From NCBI GenBank assembly GCA_038861545.1, contig JAWCCZ010000004.1, positions 160,001 through 224,000 on the forward strand: a DNA stretch of 64,000 bases, written 5' to 3'. Position numbers and translations under genes: made by a program. This DNA is from Thermofilaceae archaeon. Lineage in GTDB: Archaea > Thermoproteota > Thermoprotei > Thermofilales > Thermofilaceae. The notes beneath the pieces were generated by a model. The model searched no databases. It was given only the letters and a program-made list of their open reading frames with translations, and was not told the origin of the DNA. This document shows, in pieces, positions 10,814-20,147 of this stretch (positions are counted from its first letter, which is position 1; each line of letters starts with the position of its first letter).

Positions 10814-11675
10814 AAATCCTCTTATAGTCGCTTCAGGAGTTCTCGGGGTCAGTGTAGGTCTTATGAAAAGGGTTGAAGAAGCTGGCGCAGCTGCTGTGAC
10901 TACAAAGACTGTAACTTTGAAAGAAAGAATAGGTCACTCGAATCCGGTGATCTATGAACTGGAATATGGATTGTTGAACTCGATGGGATTGCCAAATCCA
11001 GGCGCCCTTGAGATGGGTTTAATAATACGCGAGGCGAAGAAAATGCTGAGAATCCCAGTAATAGCCAGTATCGGAGCAACTGCTCCAGATGAGGCTGTAA
11101 AAATGGCCGAATATTTACTAGGAGTTGACGCGATTGAGCTTAATGCTTCATGCCCGCATACGAAAGGTTACGGTATTGATGTAATGTCCGATCCCAGCTT
11201 AATATCAGAAATAGTGTCAGCGTTAAAGAGTTTCTCTCTTCCAGTGTTTGTTAAGCTCTCCGTTCACGGTGACCTGAGACTAGTTGCAAGCAAGGCTCTC
11301 GATGCCGGAGCTGATGCACTAGTAGCTATAAACACGCTTAAGGGGATGGCTATCAACGTGTGGGCGAAAAAGCCGGTACTAGGCGGAGTTTATGGGGGTT
11401 TATCCGGTCCAGCGATCCACCCGGTTGCCGTTCGAGCCGTATACGAGCTTTACGAGGAATTTCCTGGCTTTCCGATAATCGGCGTGGGAGGTGTTGAAAA
11501 CTGGAAGGACGCCGTCGAGCTCATGCTAGCGGGCGCATCAGCAATAGGCGTGGCATCAGCACTTAGACGGGGATTCGAAATAATAGGCTCAATTATAAAA
11601 GGTATGAAGAATTACCTGATCAGCGAAGGTTTCTCCAGCATAAAAGAGATAGTAGGCTTAGCTCACCGCTGCTAA
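10764..11675 (+). CDS. pyrD: Dihydroorotate dehydrogenase catalytic subunit
   Basis: LNSMGLPNPG, ELNASCPH, INTL, GGLSGPAI, IIGVGG. Confidence 0.94.
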   Translation: MVEDTGLRVRLTSLELKNPLIVASGVLGVSVGLMKRVEEAGAAAVTTKTVTLKERIGHSNPVIYELEYGLLNSMGLPNPGALEMGLIIREAKKMLRIPVIASIGATAPDEAVKMAEYLLGVDAIELNASCPHTKGYGIDVMSDPSLISEIVSALKSFSLPVFVKLSVHGDLRLVASKALDAGADALVAINTLKGMAINVWAKKPVLGGVYGGLSGPAIHPVAVRAVYELYEEFPGFPIIGVGGVENWKDAVELMLAGASAIGVASALRRGFEIIGSIIKGMKNYLISEGFSSIKEIVGLAHRC

Positions 11676-14317
11676 AGCGTATGCATTTCAGAAAACATTT
11701 TCATTAACCGCTCGTGGAACTTAGCCATCATTAGCCTCTTATCCTCCATAAGGACAACGTCACTGAGCCCCTCTAGCACAATGTTGTAAGCAAAAGGCGA
11801 AGGAACTTTCAACTCTGGTGTCTCGATGAGCCTTATCTTTCCGTTCTCGATTTGTCGTAGGACTTCCCTTGCGTGCTCTAGATCCATGTAATCTTCCAGT
11901 ACCTCTCTGTACGTCTCCTTAAGCACTGGAAAGTCATCGCCGAGCTCTCTTACAACCTTTAGCAGCGTCTGTGCGTTCATTTGCTGTCTCTCTACGCTTA
12001 TTTCGTGACCCTTATAATTCCGGAGAATCATTAATGCCCTCGTAGCAACATGCCTGAATCTTCTTCTTATAAGCTCAGTATTAGTGATAGATTTTTTCAG
12101 TAAATCCTCAACTTCGTTGCCCTTTATGTTGCTTAATGTCACTGGAGGTTTAACTCCAGGTGGATATATGATAGCGAAACCATTGTCGTGTACAGCTACT
12201 CCAACATTAACACCGATTTTAACTGTGGCCAAGTAGGCAAGCGCGTGGGAAAGAGCATCGTTCGTCCTACGACCATAAAGGGCATGAAAAACATGGTGGA
12301 ATCTTCCCTCTTCATCGATGTACTTTTCGGCTAGGATTACCCTGTGAGAAGGGTGTTCGTTTACGCTGATTGCTTTAAGGAAATTCATCATTTCCAGAAA
12401 ATATTCGTAAATGGCTTCTGCTGCTATTTCATTGGCGTGACAGTTCTTAGCGATATATTTGACTATTCTTTCCTTTGGAATGCCTTCCTTAAGCCACTTG
12501 AATATTTTATCCCTGAATTCTCCAATTTTAACAGCTAAATCGTAGCTTAATGGAAGCATTTCTGAAAACCAGCTCGGTACCGTGGGTTTCATGTCGTAGG
12601 CCGGCTTGACCAATACACGGTTTCCTTCAGAACTAATAAACTCATACACTCTGCCTCCCAATACAAACCGATCACCGGGGACTAGTCTCTCGAGAAATTC
12701 CTCTTCAATGTTGCCAACGTACTTGCCTCCTGTAGTGTGAACCTTTATATTGACTTCCTCCGGTATAGTACCCACATTTAAAGTGTAAATAACTCTGGCG
12801 AACTTCCCCCTTCTACCAAATACTCCTTCGTTTTCATCGAACCATATTTTCCCATAGACTTTATGGTTCTCTAAATTCGAATAATTTCCTGAAAGATACC
12901 TAAGTGTTCTAATAAAATCATCTTTAGAAATATTTCTATAACAATAACTACGCTTTATTAGATTAAATGCTTCATCAACTTGCCATTTTCGTTCTATAGC
13001 CATACCTACAATCTGTTGCGCTAATACGTCAAGGCAGTTTTGAGGAATGTGCACTCTATCTAGGTGGTTTTTGTACGCTTCTTTAACCATAACCGCTACT
13101 TCTACTAAATCATCCCTGTCAACGCAAACCATCCTCCCCCTAATTACATCATGCAGTCTATGCCCGCTGCGTCCTATGCGTTGCAAACACCTTGTTACCG
13201 ATTTTGGCGAACCTAACTGTATGACAACGTCTATATAACCAATGTCTATCCCGAGTTCAAGAGACGTAGAACTTACTACTGCCTTTAACTGTCCAGCTTT
13301 CAGTTTATCTTCAACTTCATGTCTGACTAGCTTAGATAAGGAGCCATGGTGAGCCATTACCTGTGATTCATCAAAACCACCCTTCTCTTTAGCAATCATT
13401 TTTAGATGAAAAACTACTCTTTCAGTACCACTACGCGTATTGGTGAAAACTAGCGAAGTTTTATATTTTTTGACTAGATCATAAAGCAGTTCATACATCT
13501 CTGCTTGCAGAATATTTGAGGGGGTGTGCACCAAGCCAGGGATTGGGCAAAGAACCTTGATGTCCTTTCTTTTCATGTATCTAGCGTCAACTATTATGCA
13601 ATCTCTCGGCCGCCCGTCGTCATTGTAACCTACCAGGAAGAGCGCAACTTCTTCTAGAGGGTTTATAGTCGCGGAAAGCCCTATGCGCGTGAATGAATGT
13701 GTAACTAATTCTTGAAGGCGTTCTAAGCTTAAAGCCAGGTGGACACCTCTTTTGCTTTCAGCTAGGCTGTGTACTTCGTCTACGATCATCCATTCAACTC
13801 CTTTCAGTTTCTCCTTAAACCTTGGCGCTACAAGCGTTATGGCTAAAGTCTCCGGTGTAGTAATCAATATGTGAGGAGGTTTCCTAAGCATTTTCTGCCT
13901 ATCATTAGAGGGCGTATCCCCAGTTCTAACCGCATGCCTAATCTCGGGTAGCTTAACCCCTTCTTCCTCAGCCAGTTTCCTTATCTCGCTCAGCGGCTCC
14001 TCAAGGTTCCTAAAGATATCATTGTTCAAAGCTCTCAAGGGGGATACATAAACTGCATAAACCTCATCTTCAAGTTTTCCTTCCAGCGCTAGTTTGATGA
14101 GCTCACTTATCACAACAAGAAACGCCGTCAAAGTTTTCCCTGTGCCGGTAGGACTTGATATTAACACGTTTTTCCGCGAGTAGATTGGAAGTATGCCGAG
14201 CCTTTGGGGGGGCGTTAAATCCTTATACCTTCGGGAAAACCACTCAGCTACAAGCGGATGAAGTAATCTCAGAACCTCCTCTTTAGTATACTCTTTTGTA
14301 GCGTAACTGATCATCAC
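11672..14317 (-). CDS. lhr: Lhr-family SF2 helicase (no Cys-rich tail)
   Basis: PTGTGKT, SPLRALNND, DEVH, GLSAT, HHGSLS, LELGIDIG, QRIGRSGH. Confidence 0.93.
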   Translation of the reverse strand: MMISYATKEYTKEEVLRLLHPLVAEWFSRRYKDLTPPQRLGILPIYSRKNVLISSPTGTGKTLTAFLVVISELIKLALEGKLEDEVYAVYVSPLRALNNDIFRNLEEPLSEIRKLAEEEGVKLPEIRHAVRTGDTPSNDRQKMLRKPPHILITTPETLAITLVAPRFKEKLKGVEWMIVDEVHSLAESKRGVHLALSLERLQELVTHSFTRIGLSATINPLEEVALFLVGYNDDGRPRDCIIVDARYMKRKDIKVLCPIPGLVHTPSNILQAEMYELLYDLVKKYKTSLVFTNTRSGTERVVFHLKMIAKEKGGFDESQVMAHHGSLSKLVRHEVEDKLKAGQLKAVVSSTSLELGIDIGYIDVVIQLGSPKSVTRCLQRIGRSGHRLHDVIRGRMVCVDRDDLVEVAVMVKEAYKNHLDRVHIPQNCLDVLAQQIVGMAIERKWQVDEAFNLIKRSYCYRNISKDDFIRTLRYLSGNYSNLENHKVYGKIWFDENEGVFGRRGKFARVIYTLNVGTIPEEVNIKVHTTGGKYVGNIEEEFLERLVPGDRFVLGGRVYEFISSEGNRVLVKPAYDMKPTVPSWFSEMLPLSYDLAVKIGEFRDKIFKWLKEGIPKERIVKYIAKNCHANEIAAEAIYEYFLEMMNFLKAISVNEHPSHRVILAEKYIDEEGRFHHVFHALYGRRTNDALSHALAYLATVKIGVNVGVAVHDNGFAIIYPPGVKPPVTLSNIKGNEVEDLLKKSITNTELIRRRFRHVATRALMILRNYKGHEISVERQQMNAQTLLKVVRELGDDFPVLKETYREVLEDYMDLEHAREVLRQIENGKIRLIETPELKVPSPFAYNIVLEGLSDVVLMEDKRLMMAKFHERLMKMFSEMHTL

Positions 14318-14425
14318 TCAGCTTCTAGCAAGCTAATCCCTTTAAAAAGTATCTGTTAAAATAAAAAACTGAAGGCATAAATTAAATTATTCAAAGTTTA
14401 TATAATTTTAATTAACTTTATGTTC

Positions 14426-14965
14426 CTAAAATCTAGTTCTAGCGTAATTTACTAATCCTTCCTCACTAACTTTTCTGCCACATTTTTCAATGCTGTGCAG
14501 ACAAGAGCTCTCAAGCTTACGCGCGGCAGCTCTTATGCTACCACATTCGAGAAATACCTTAAGTATTTTCAGCTCCCCTGGTTCCAGCTTTAAATTCATA
14601 ATAGCTAAACTGGCCACTTCAACAGGGCTCTTATTGTAGTTCCAGCTGAATTCGGTTTCAGTACACAGCTGACCTACTTTTAATAGAGTGTTAGATCTAA
14701 CGTTTGGATAGTGCTGCCTTAAAGCCTTGATGAAGTCTTTATAACTGTCGAAGCTGTCGCGTAGAGCGCTTTCCTCGGTAAAATTGATGAACTTCTTACT
14801 CGTAGCTTCAATTACTCTGACTTTTCCGAGTACGAAAACTTCTCAACATACAAGTACTTCGTCGCCGACTCTATACTTGACATTATTTAACCTGATAGTT
14901 GTAAACCTTAGCCCCTCAAGTAAGTCCCTAAGGTATCTCTTAGAGAACGCTAAAGGACGCGGCAC
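14426..14965 (-). pseudogene. ASCH domain + HTH protein interrupted by an in-frame TGA at 14843-14845
   Basis: Manual translation from GTG 14965: MPRPLAFSKRYLRDLLEGLRFTTIR...VGDEVLVC*EVFVLGKVRV...ALRDSFDSYKDFIKALRQHYP...GSIRAAARKL, in frame with the 14426-14617 ORF. Confidence 0.75.
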
Positions 14966-14991
14966 ATGTTTCAGTGTTTCTTAGATTAACT

Positions 14992-16026
14992 TTACCCTAT
15001 TGCCTTCTTGGCCAGTAATCGCATTAAAGCCTCCACTTGTGGCTTCAGTGGCTCAGGTATTTTTTTCACGCCCAGTTCGAGAAAACCTCGAACTAGAAGG
15101 GTCGTAGCCTCTTCTTCAGTGAAACCTTTAGACATTAGATACCCTAACTCCTCCTCTGATATTTTACCAATGGCAGCCTCATGCGTTAGTTGTGACCCGC
15201 CGCTAAGCGAGCGGAGAACGGGAACTGTCTCCACATAGGCGTCTGGAGCTACCTGTAGGCTACGACACTCTATATGTCCTCTCGTACCAGCTACTCTTGC
15301 CTCAATCTCCGCTGGTAAACTTATATAGCTCCCTCTACCGGCTACTATCCTAGACACTATTTCTCCTATGCTTCCCTCCTCTGCTAGAACTATGCTAGAG
15401 CTCAGTATGGATTTAGAATTAGAACCTGCGACGTAGATTGTTGAAATTGAAGCTGAGGCCCCTTTCTCCAGTTTAGCTCTAGTTGTTGAAGAAATAGTTG
15501 TTGGAGACCTGAGACACGTATACAAATAATCGTAGTTGGAATCCCTTTCGGCAATAACCCCTTTTTCTGCTACCACTTCAGTCTCCTTCATCCAACTATG
15601 CGTCATAAAGTAATGCAACTTGGCACCATAACCCAAGAAAACCTCGGTATAACCCTCATGGGTTGTGCCGGAATTCACACTAGAGCAAGCTGAGGTCAAA
15701 GTGACTTCGCTACCCCTATCGACAACAATTATATTATGAACTTTTTGTGAACCTTCACTTACGACGAAACAGAGCGTTAAAGGTACGTAAATTTTTACGC
15801 CAGAAGGTATGTAAACAAAAGCTCCATTTTCTTTCATTTGTCTTTCTGGTAGAGCTGTCCAAAGTAGTTTCTTTACCCAATCTCGGTTAATGGCCTTGCT
15901 AAGCGGCTCCAAGATGAAACCTTTAGAAGCTAAGCTATCAGCTACTACCTGTCGTATAACTTCATAGTTTCTTTGCAAATATACCGCTGCACCCCCAGAT
16001 TTCAGTATCTCAGCTACAATGTTCAT
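14992..16026 (-). CDS. SufB/SufD-family Fe-S assembly protein
   Basis: GHIECRSL, VPVL, LTHEAAIGKI..EELGYLMSKGF. Confidence 0.9.
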   Translation of the reverse strand: MNIVAEILKSGGAAVYLQRNYEVIRQVVADSLASKGFILEPLSKAINRDWVKKLLWTALPERQMKENGAFVYIPSGVKIYVPLTLCFVVSEGSQKVHNIIVVDRGSEVTLTSACSSVNSGTTHEGYTEVFLGYGAKLHYFMTHSWMKETEVVAEKGVIAERDSNYDYLYTCLRSPTTISSTTRAKLEKGASASISTIYVAGSNSKSILSSSIVLAEEGSIGEIVSRIVAGRGSYISLPAEIEARVAGTRGHIECRSLQVAPDAYVETVPVLRSLSGGSQLTHEAAIGKISEEELGYLMSKGFTEEEATTLLVRGFLELGVKKIPEPLKPQVEALMRLLAKKAIG

Positions 16027-16739
16027 ATACCGTCACCGCGAAAAACTCCATAGCCTTTTCTCTTTATGGTATCCAAGATATGAGTTAGATCCCCGCTCTC
16101 AACTATTCTACCGTCAATCATTACATGGGCAACATCTACGCGTCTCAGATGCTCAGTTATTAGCCCGGCATGTGTAACTAGTAGAATAGATGCTCCAATA
16201 TCAATTAAAGCATTGATTGATTTGCCGACAGTTTTAAGGCCCTCGAGATCCACGCCGCTATCTGGTTCATCGAGAAGCGCTAACCTAGGTCTCTGCAGAA
16301 GAACTAACGCCAGCTCTGCTCGCTTAGCTTCCCCTCCGCTAAACCCTCTGAAAAGTTCTCTCTCCATCAAGCCGTTAACTTGCAGGTCGGAGATCAGATC
16401 CAATGATGATCCAAACATTTTACATAACTCAGTAGCCAAGCTTGAGAACTTAACGCTTAAAGGCCTAAGGTGTTGATGCATTAAAGCTATTCCAATCCTA
16501 GCTTTTTCATAAGGCCTTAAGTCCATTAGATCTTGTCCATCAAAGATTATGCGTCCTTTTGTCACACGATATCCTGGCATTGAAACTATGGCTTTTAGCA
16601 ACGTACTTTTGCCGCTACCGTTAGGGCCTAACAAAACATGTATCTCGCCCGCTTCTACGCTTAAATCGACCCCCCTTAACACTTCCCGTTCGTCCACTTG
16701 AACATGTACATCTTCCAGCCTAAGCAACGGATAGTTCAC
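16023..16739 (-). CDS. sufC: Fe-S assembly ABC ATPase
   Basis: GPNGSGKST, GFSGGEAKR, LDEPDSGVD. Confidence 0.9.
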   Translation of the reverse strand: MNYPLLRLEDVHVQVDEREVLRGVDLSVEAGEIHVLLGPNGSGKSTLLKAIVSMPGYRVTKGRIIFDGQDLMDLRPYEKARIGIALMHQHLRPLSVKFSSLATELCKMFGSSLDLISDLQVNGLMERELFRGFSGGEAKRAELALVLLQRPRLALLDEPDSGVDLEGLKTVGKSINALIDIGASILLVTHAGLITEHLRRVDVAHVMIDGRIVESGDLTHILDTIKRKGYGVFRGDGI

Positions 16740-16824
16740 ACCACTGGCATACTGATCATCTCTTTATGGTTTTCTTCTAACCTGCACTATAGTTTAATTT
16801 TTAATCTCAGGATAAACTTTAGAG

Positions 16825-16837
16825 AAGAACTTATAAG
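16825..16837 (+). promoter_or_regulatory. BRE/TATA promoter for the downstream C/D sRNA
   Basis: AAGAAC-TTATAAG ending about 25 nt before the C box. Confidence 0.5.
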
Positions 16838-16860
16838 CTGCACGTGTAAAGATATCACTC

Positions 16861-16917
16861 AAATGATGACTCGAAACCCGGAACGACCGATGAAAGTGGC
16901 CGTCGCGACTGATTTTT
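16861..16917 (+). ncRNA. Box C/D sRNA
   Basis: C box ATGATGA 16863-69, D' ACGA 16883-86, C' CCGATGA 16887-93, D CTGA 16909-12; intergenic, with TATA upstream and a T-run downstream. Confidence 0.75.
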
Positions 16918-16988
16918 CTAGCTGGCCACACCCTGCGTAGATGGTTACTATATAGCATAGACTTATAGGTATGCTTTCCTCGTGAGAT

Positions 16989-17240
16989 GTGAATCGTATG
17001 TCGGAAAAATTTGCGGTTAGCATTGAGAGAGAAACGTGTATAGCTGACGGAGCTTGTGTCGCGTTATGCCCAGAGATCTTTGAGTTAAACGAGAATGATG
17101 GAAGAGCTCAGATCACTAAGCAATGGCGTTTACTAGATGAAAAGCTTGGGGAAGGCATTATCCCTGAGCAATATGAGGAATGTGTTAGAGTAGCTGCCGA
17201 AGCATGTCCAGTACAAGTGATATCAGTTAAGTTAAGGTGA
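16989..17240 (+). CDS. Monocluster ferredoxin (CxxDxxC type)
   Basis: CIADGACVALCPEIF...AAEACPVQVI. Confidence 0.9.
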   Translation: MNRMSEKFAVSIERETCIADGACVALCPEIFELNENDGRAQITKQWRLLDEKLGEGIIPEQYEECVRVAAEACPVQVISVKLR

Positions 17241-17254
17241 TATCAGTTAAGTTA
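17217..17254 (+). repeat. Tandem duplication, 18 bp identical with 20 bp period
   Basis: GTGATATCAGTTAAGTTA at 17217-34 and 17237-54. Confidence 0.9.
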
Positions 17255-17301
17255 GATAGAAAGTATATAATACAGCTGGACCTGAAACTCAGATTTTAAA
17301 A

Positions 17302-17949
17302 ATGTTTCCAATAAGTGATGAGGTTAAAAAGAAAACCACCCCAATTTTAACATATTTTTTAGTGCTAAGCAATGTTTCAGTATTCGCGTATTCGCTTATA
17401 CGAGGAATAGACGTATTCATTGATTCATATGGGTACAGGCCTATTTATCTAGGGCAATGCATACGATTAGAGACTTTACTTACTTCGCTTTTCCTTCACG
17501 GCGGCGTGGAACACCTTATAGGGAATCTGTTATTTCTATACGTTTTCGGTAGAAGTGTGGAGGACGAGATCACTCCACTACCCTTTATAACACTGTATTT
17601 GGTAAGCGGTTTAGCTGGTAACTTACTACATACAGCTTCCGTCTACTTACTATCACCATCTTTAACGGGGACTGAATTGACTAAGCCGGTTATCGGCGCC
17701 TCCGGTGCAATATCGGGGGTTTTGGGTGCTTACATCGTGCTTCATCCCCACGCGCGTATAAAGACCGTAGTCGTGTACTACTATTTACTTCTTTTACACA
17801 TTCCAGTCCGTTTTTATGTTTTAACTTGGTTTTTATATCAGCTTGCAATAGGCATCTTAAGCCTAGGCTTCCCTCTAGGCATCGCAGCTTGGGCTCACGT
17901 AGGTGGGTTCGCCGCTGGCGCTATGATTGGCACCCTGATTAAAAAGTAA
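17302..17949 (+). CDS. Rhomboid intramembrane serine protease
   Basis: FLHGG..HL.GN, GASGA catalytic Ser, AHVGG catalytic His. Confidence 0.92.
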   Translation: MFPISDEVKKKTTPILTYFLVLSNVSVFAYSLIRGIDVFIDSYGYRPIYLGQCIRLETLLTSLFLHGGVEHLIGNLLFLYVFGRSVEDEITPLPFITLYLVSGLAGNLLHTASVYLLSPSLTGTELTKPVIGASGAISGVLGAYIVLHPHARIKTVVVYYYLLLLHIPVRFYVLTWFLYQLAIGILSLGFPLGIAAWAHVGGFAAGAMIGTLIKK

Positions 17950-17970
17950 AATAAATTAAGTTAGCAAGAG

Positions 17971-18798
17971 CTATAGCTGTAGGATCTCCCAGTTCCTGCC
18001 ATTATACAGAACTGCTTTGGGTTGCGTAGAAGGGTAATAACGGCACGAGAAAACCGATATTAATTTTCCATCAAAGTAAACATGTAAACCATTGGGAAAA
18101 TACTCGTGAGCCCTTGTGACAGTTTCCAGACCACTCTTCTCAAGGAAGCTCTCTAAAGCTACCCTTCCAAACAACTGTGAACCTCCGCCACGAGGGTTAG
18201 AGGCAAACGAGTCAATGCTCTCGTCCGGATCATTCCATAAAAGCTCAAATGCTCGCTTGTCTGATGGAAGGACATCACCTTTGACTAACCTTAGTACATC
18301 CCTTGCAGAATGTATACCCCTAGCTATACCCCCATGCACGGCAAAAACAGAAGAATTGATTATTGCGGCGTATGGCATAAGGGAGAAAAGTTTAGCATAC
18401 AATTCATATATTTCTGAGCCGTACTCTTGAACTATTTCCCAGTAAAAACCGTACTCGTAATTCATTAAAGGTGATTCGTGGTTACCCCTCAATAGAATCA
18501 CTTTCTCGGGTTCCTCTGTTTTCCTTGAAAGCAGAAAATTGATGTTAGCGGCCTGGTAAGGCCCCCTATCCACATAATCGCCCAAAAATAAATACACATC
18601 TGCTTCCATTTTAAAAGCTGCAACCGATGAAATGACATCCCCGTGAGTATCGCCTACCACGAGCACCCTTCCTTTAAGATCTATTAACTGCTTCTCGCCT
18701 TCAAGCACTGAAAACGCATTTTCTAGTAGTTCAACTAGTTCATTAAGCTTCATCTTTGAAAACTCCTTTAACACGTTAATGTGCACGCTACCCGCCAA
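17971..18798 (-). CDS. PPP-family Ser/Thr protein phosphatase
   Basis: GDTHG, GDYVDRG, LRGNHE, VHGG, LLWNDP, RAHE. Confidence 0.92.
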   Translation of the reverse strand: MAGSVHINVLKEFSKMKLNELVELLENAFSVLEGEKQLIDLKGRVLVVGDTHGDVISSVAAFKMEADVYLFLGDYVDRGPYQAANINFLLSRKTEEPEKVILLRGNHESPLMNYEYGFYWEIVQEYGSEIYELYAKLFSLMPYAAIINSSVFAVHGGIARGIHSARDVLRLVKGDVLPSDKRAFELLWNDPDESIDSFASNPRGGGSQLFGRVALESFLEKSGLETVTRAHEYFPNGLHVYFDGKLISVFSCRYYPSTQPKAVLYNGRNWEILQL

Positions 18799-19030
18799 GA
18801 GGGTTCCCGCGGCAGTGAACTATGCCTTTAACACGTCTAACAAAGTTGGGACAAAAATAGCATTGAATAAAAGACACAGGCTTTCCTAAAACTGGACACT
18901 CAACGATTTCACGTTTCATTTTTGAAATAAGCTTCGGAGAAATGCCGGTTAACTTCCCCTTTAACTCGTTTGAGATTTTTATTGGCTTATCGGTTTCTCT
19001 TACCTGTATCTCATACTTATGGTCTAGCAT
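18788..19030 (-). CDS. Small Cys-rich hypothetical protein
   Basis: CP..C..CP...C motif; overlaps the phosphatase start; GGAGG RBS upstream. Confidence 0.6.
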   Translation of the reverse strand: MLDHKYEIQVRETDKPIKISNELKGKLTGISPKLISKMKREIVECPVLGKPVSFIQCYFCPNFVRRVKGIVHCRGNPLGG

Positions 19031-19094
19031 TCTCCTCCAAGAAAAGGCTGAGTAATAGAGAAGTATAAATATGGTGTTATAGAAAGTTCGTTAG

Positions 19095-19757
19095 ATGCCG
19101 CTATATCTTCGTTGGCTCGTTGACTTGGGGGGCCTTACAGGTTATTTGAGCGTGTTCCTAGTCTCAATGTTCGGTAACTTGATACCCTTTATACCGATTC
19201 CCTACTTAGCCGGGGTTGCAATTTATTCAGCTCTACTCCCCTGTAACCCCCTTCTAGTAGGGATACTTAGTGGACTCGGGGCTGGATTCGGAAAGCTGAT
19301 AGTTTACCTTTTAGGTAGAGGGGCTAGGGTACTTTTAAAGGAGGATACATCAACCAAGTATGAAAAGTTTGGTAAACTATTAAAAGGATACGGCGCGTTT
19401 GCGGTTTTTATTTTCGCGGTTACGCCATCCCCCGATGATGCAATTATTATTCCGCTGGGACTTATGAAATACGACGTGACTAAGTTCCTAGCAGGCGTGA
19501 TTGCAGGTAAAGTGGTACTAAGTATAATAGTTGCTTATGGTGGACGATTTATTGCTGGCATGCTAGTGGAAGACCTCATTTGGGGAACCACTATAAGCGT
19601 AGTAGCGTTCATCATAGTAATGGTTGTCTTAGTTTTCATTGATTGGGAGACCGTACTTGGACTTGTTGGAGAGAAAGGAATTATGGGATTCCTCGAAGAA
19701 ATAAGGGAAAAGGGGTTTCAAGCTCTTATGAAATCTGGGAAATCTCAGACCCCTTAA
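19095..19757 (+). CDS. DedA/VTT-family membrane protein
   Basis: Hydrophobic; GA.FG..I.YLLG and TPSPDD..IIPLGL motifs. Confidence 0.8.
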   Translation: MPLYLRWLVDLGGLTGYLSVFLVSMFGNLIPFIPIPYLAGVAIYSALLPCNPLLVGILSGLGAGFGKLIVYLLGRGARVLLKEDTSTKYEKFGKLLKGYGAFAVFIFAVTPSPDDAIIIPLGLMKYDVTKFLAGVIAGKVVLSIIVAYGGRFIAGMLVEDLIWGTTISVVAFIIVMVVLVFIDWETVLGLVGEKGIMGFLEEIREKGFQALMKSGKSQTP

Positions 19758-20124
19758 AGGCTATAGCGGTTACTTCAACCAACGCACCTCCAGGCAAAGC
19801 TGAAACTTCGACTAGCGCGCGAGCTGGAGGATCCTTAAAAAACTGTGTATATACTTCATTGAACTCCTTATACTGGTTTATGTCTCGCAGAAAAACCAAA
19901 ACCCATACTACATCCTCCATCGAAAAACCTGCCTCTTCAATTATCGCCTTGAGGTTTTCAAGAACCCTGCGTGACTGCTCCTGTATGCCGCCTTCTACAA
20001 GCTTCCCTGTGATAGGATCTAAACCTATTTGCCCAGAGATGAATAGAAAGTTTCCGGTTTTTACGGCCTGAGAATACGGTCCAATAGGTTTAGGAGCCCT
20101 TCTTGTGTAAACCCTATTAGCCAC
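19726..20124 (-). CDS. ridA: RidA-family enamine/imine deaminase
   Basis: APKPIGPYSQA, ISGQIG, FNEVY, PPAR, LVEV. Confidence 0.93.
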   Translation of the reverse strand: MANRVYTRRAPKPIGPYSQAVKTGNFLFISGQIGLDPITGKLVEGGIQEQSRRVLENLKAIIEEAGFSMEDVVWVLVFLRDINQYKEFNEVYTQFFKDPPARALVEVSALPGGALVEVTAIAFKGSEISQIS

Positions 20125-20147
20125 ATTGCAAAGCCCTAGTAAAAAGT

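Noticed and set aside
14318-14425. AT-rich intergenic stretch
   Set aside because: Consistent with the lhr promoter and an upstream terminator
16698-16940. 80 aa ORF
   Set aside because: Spans promoters and the C/D sRNA; no protein motif
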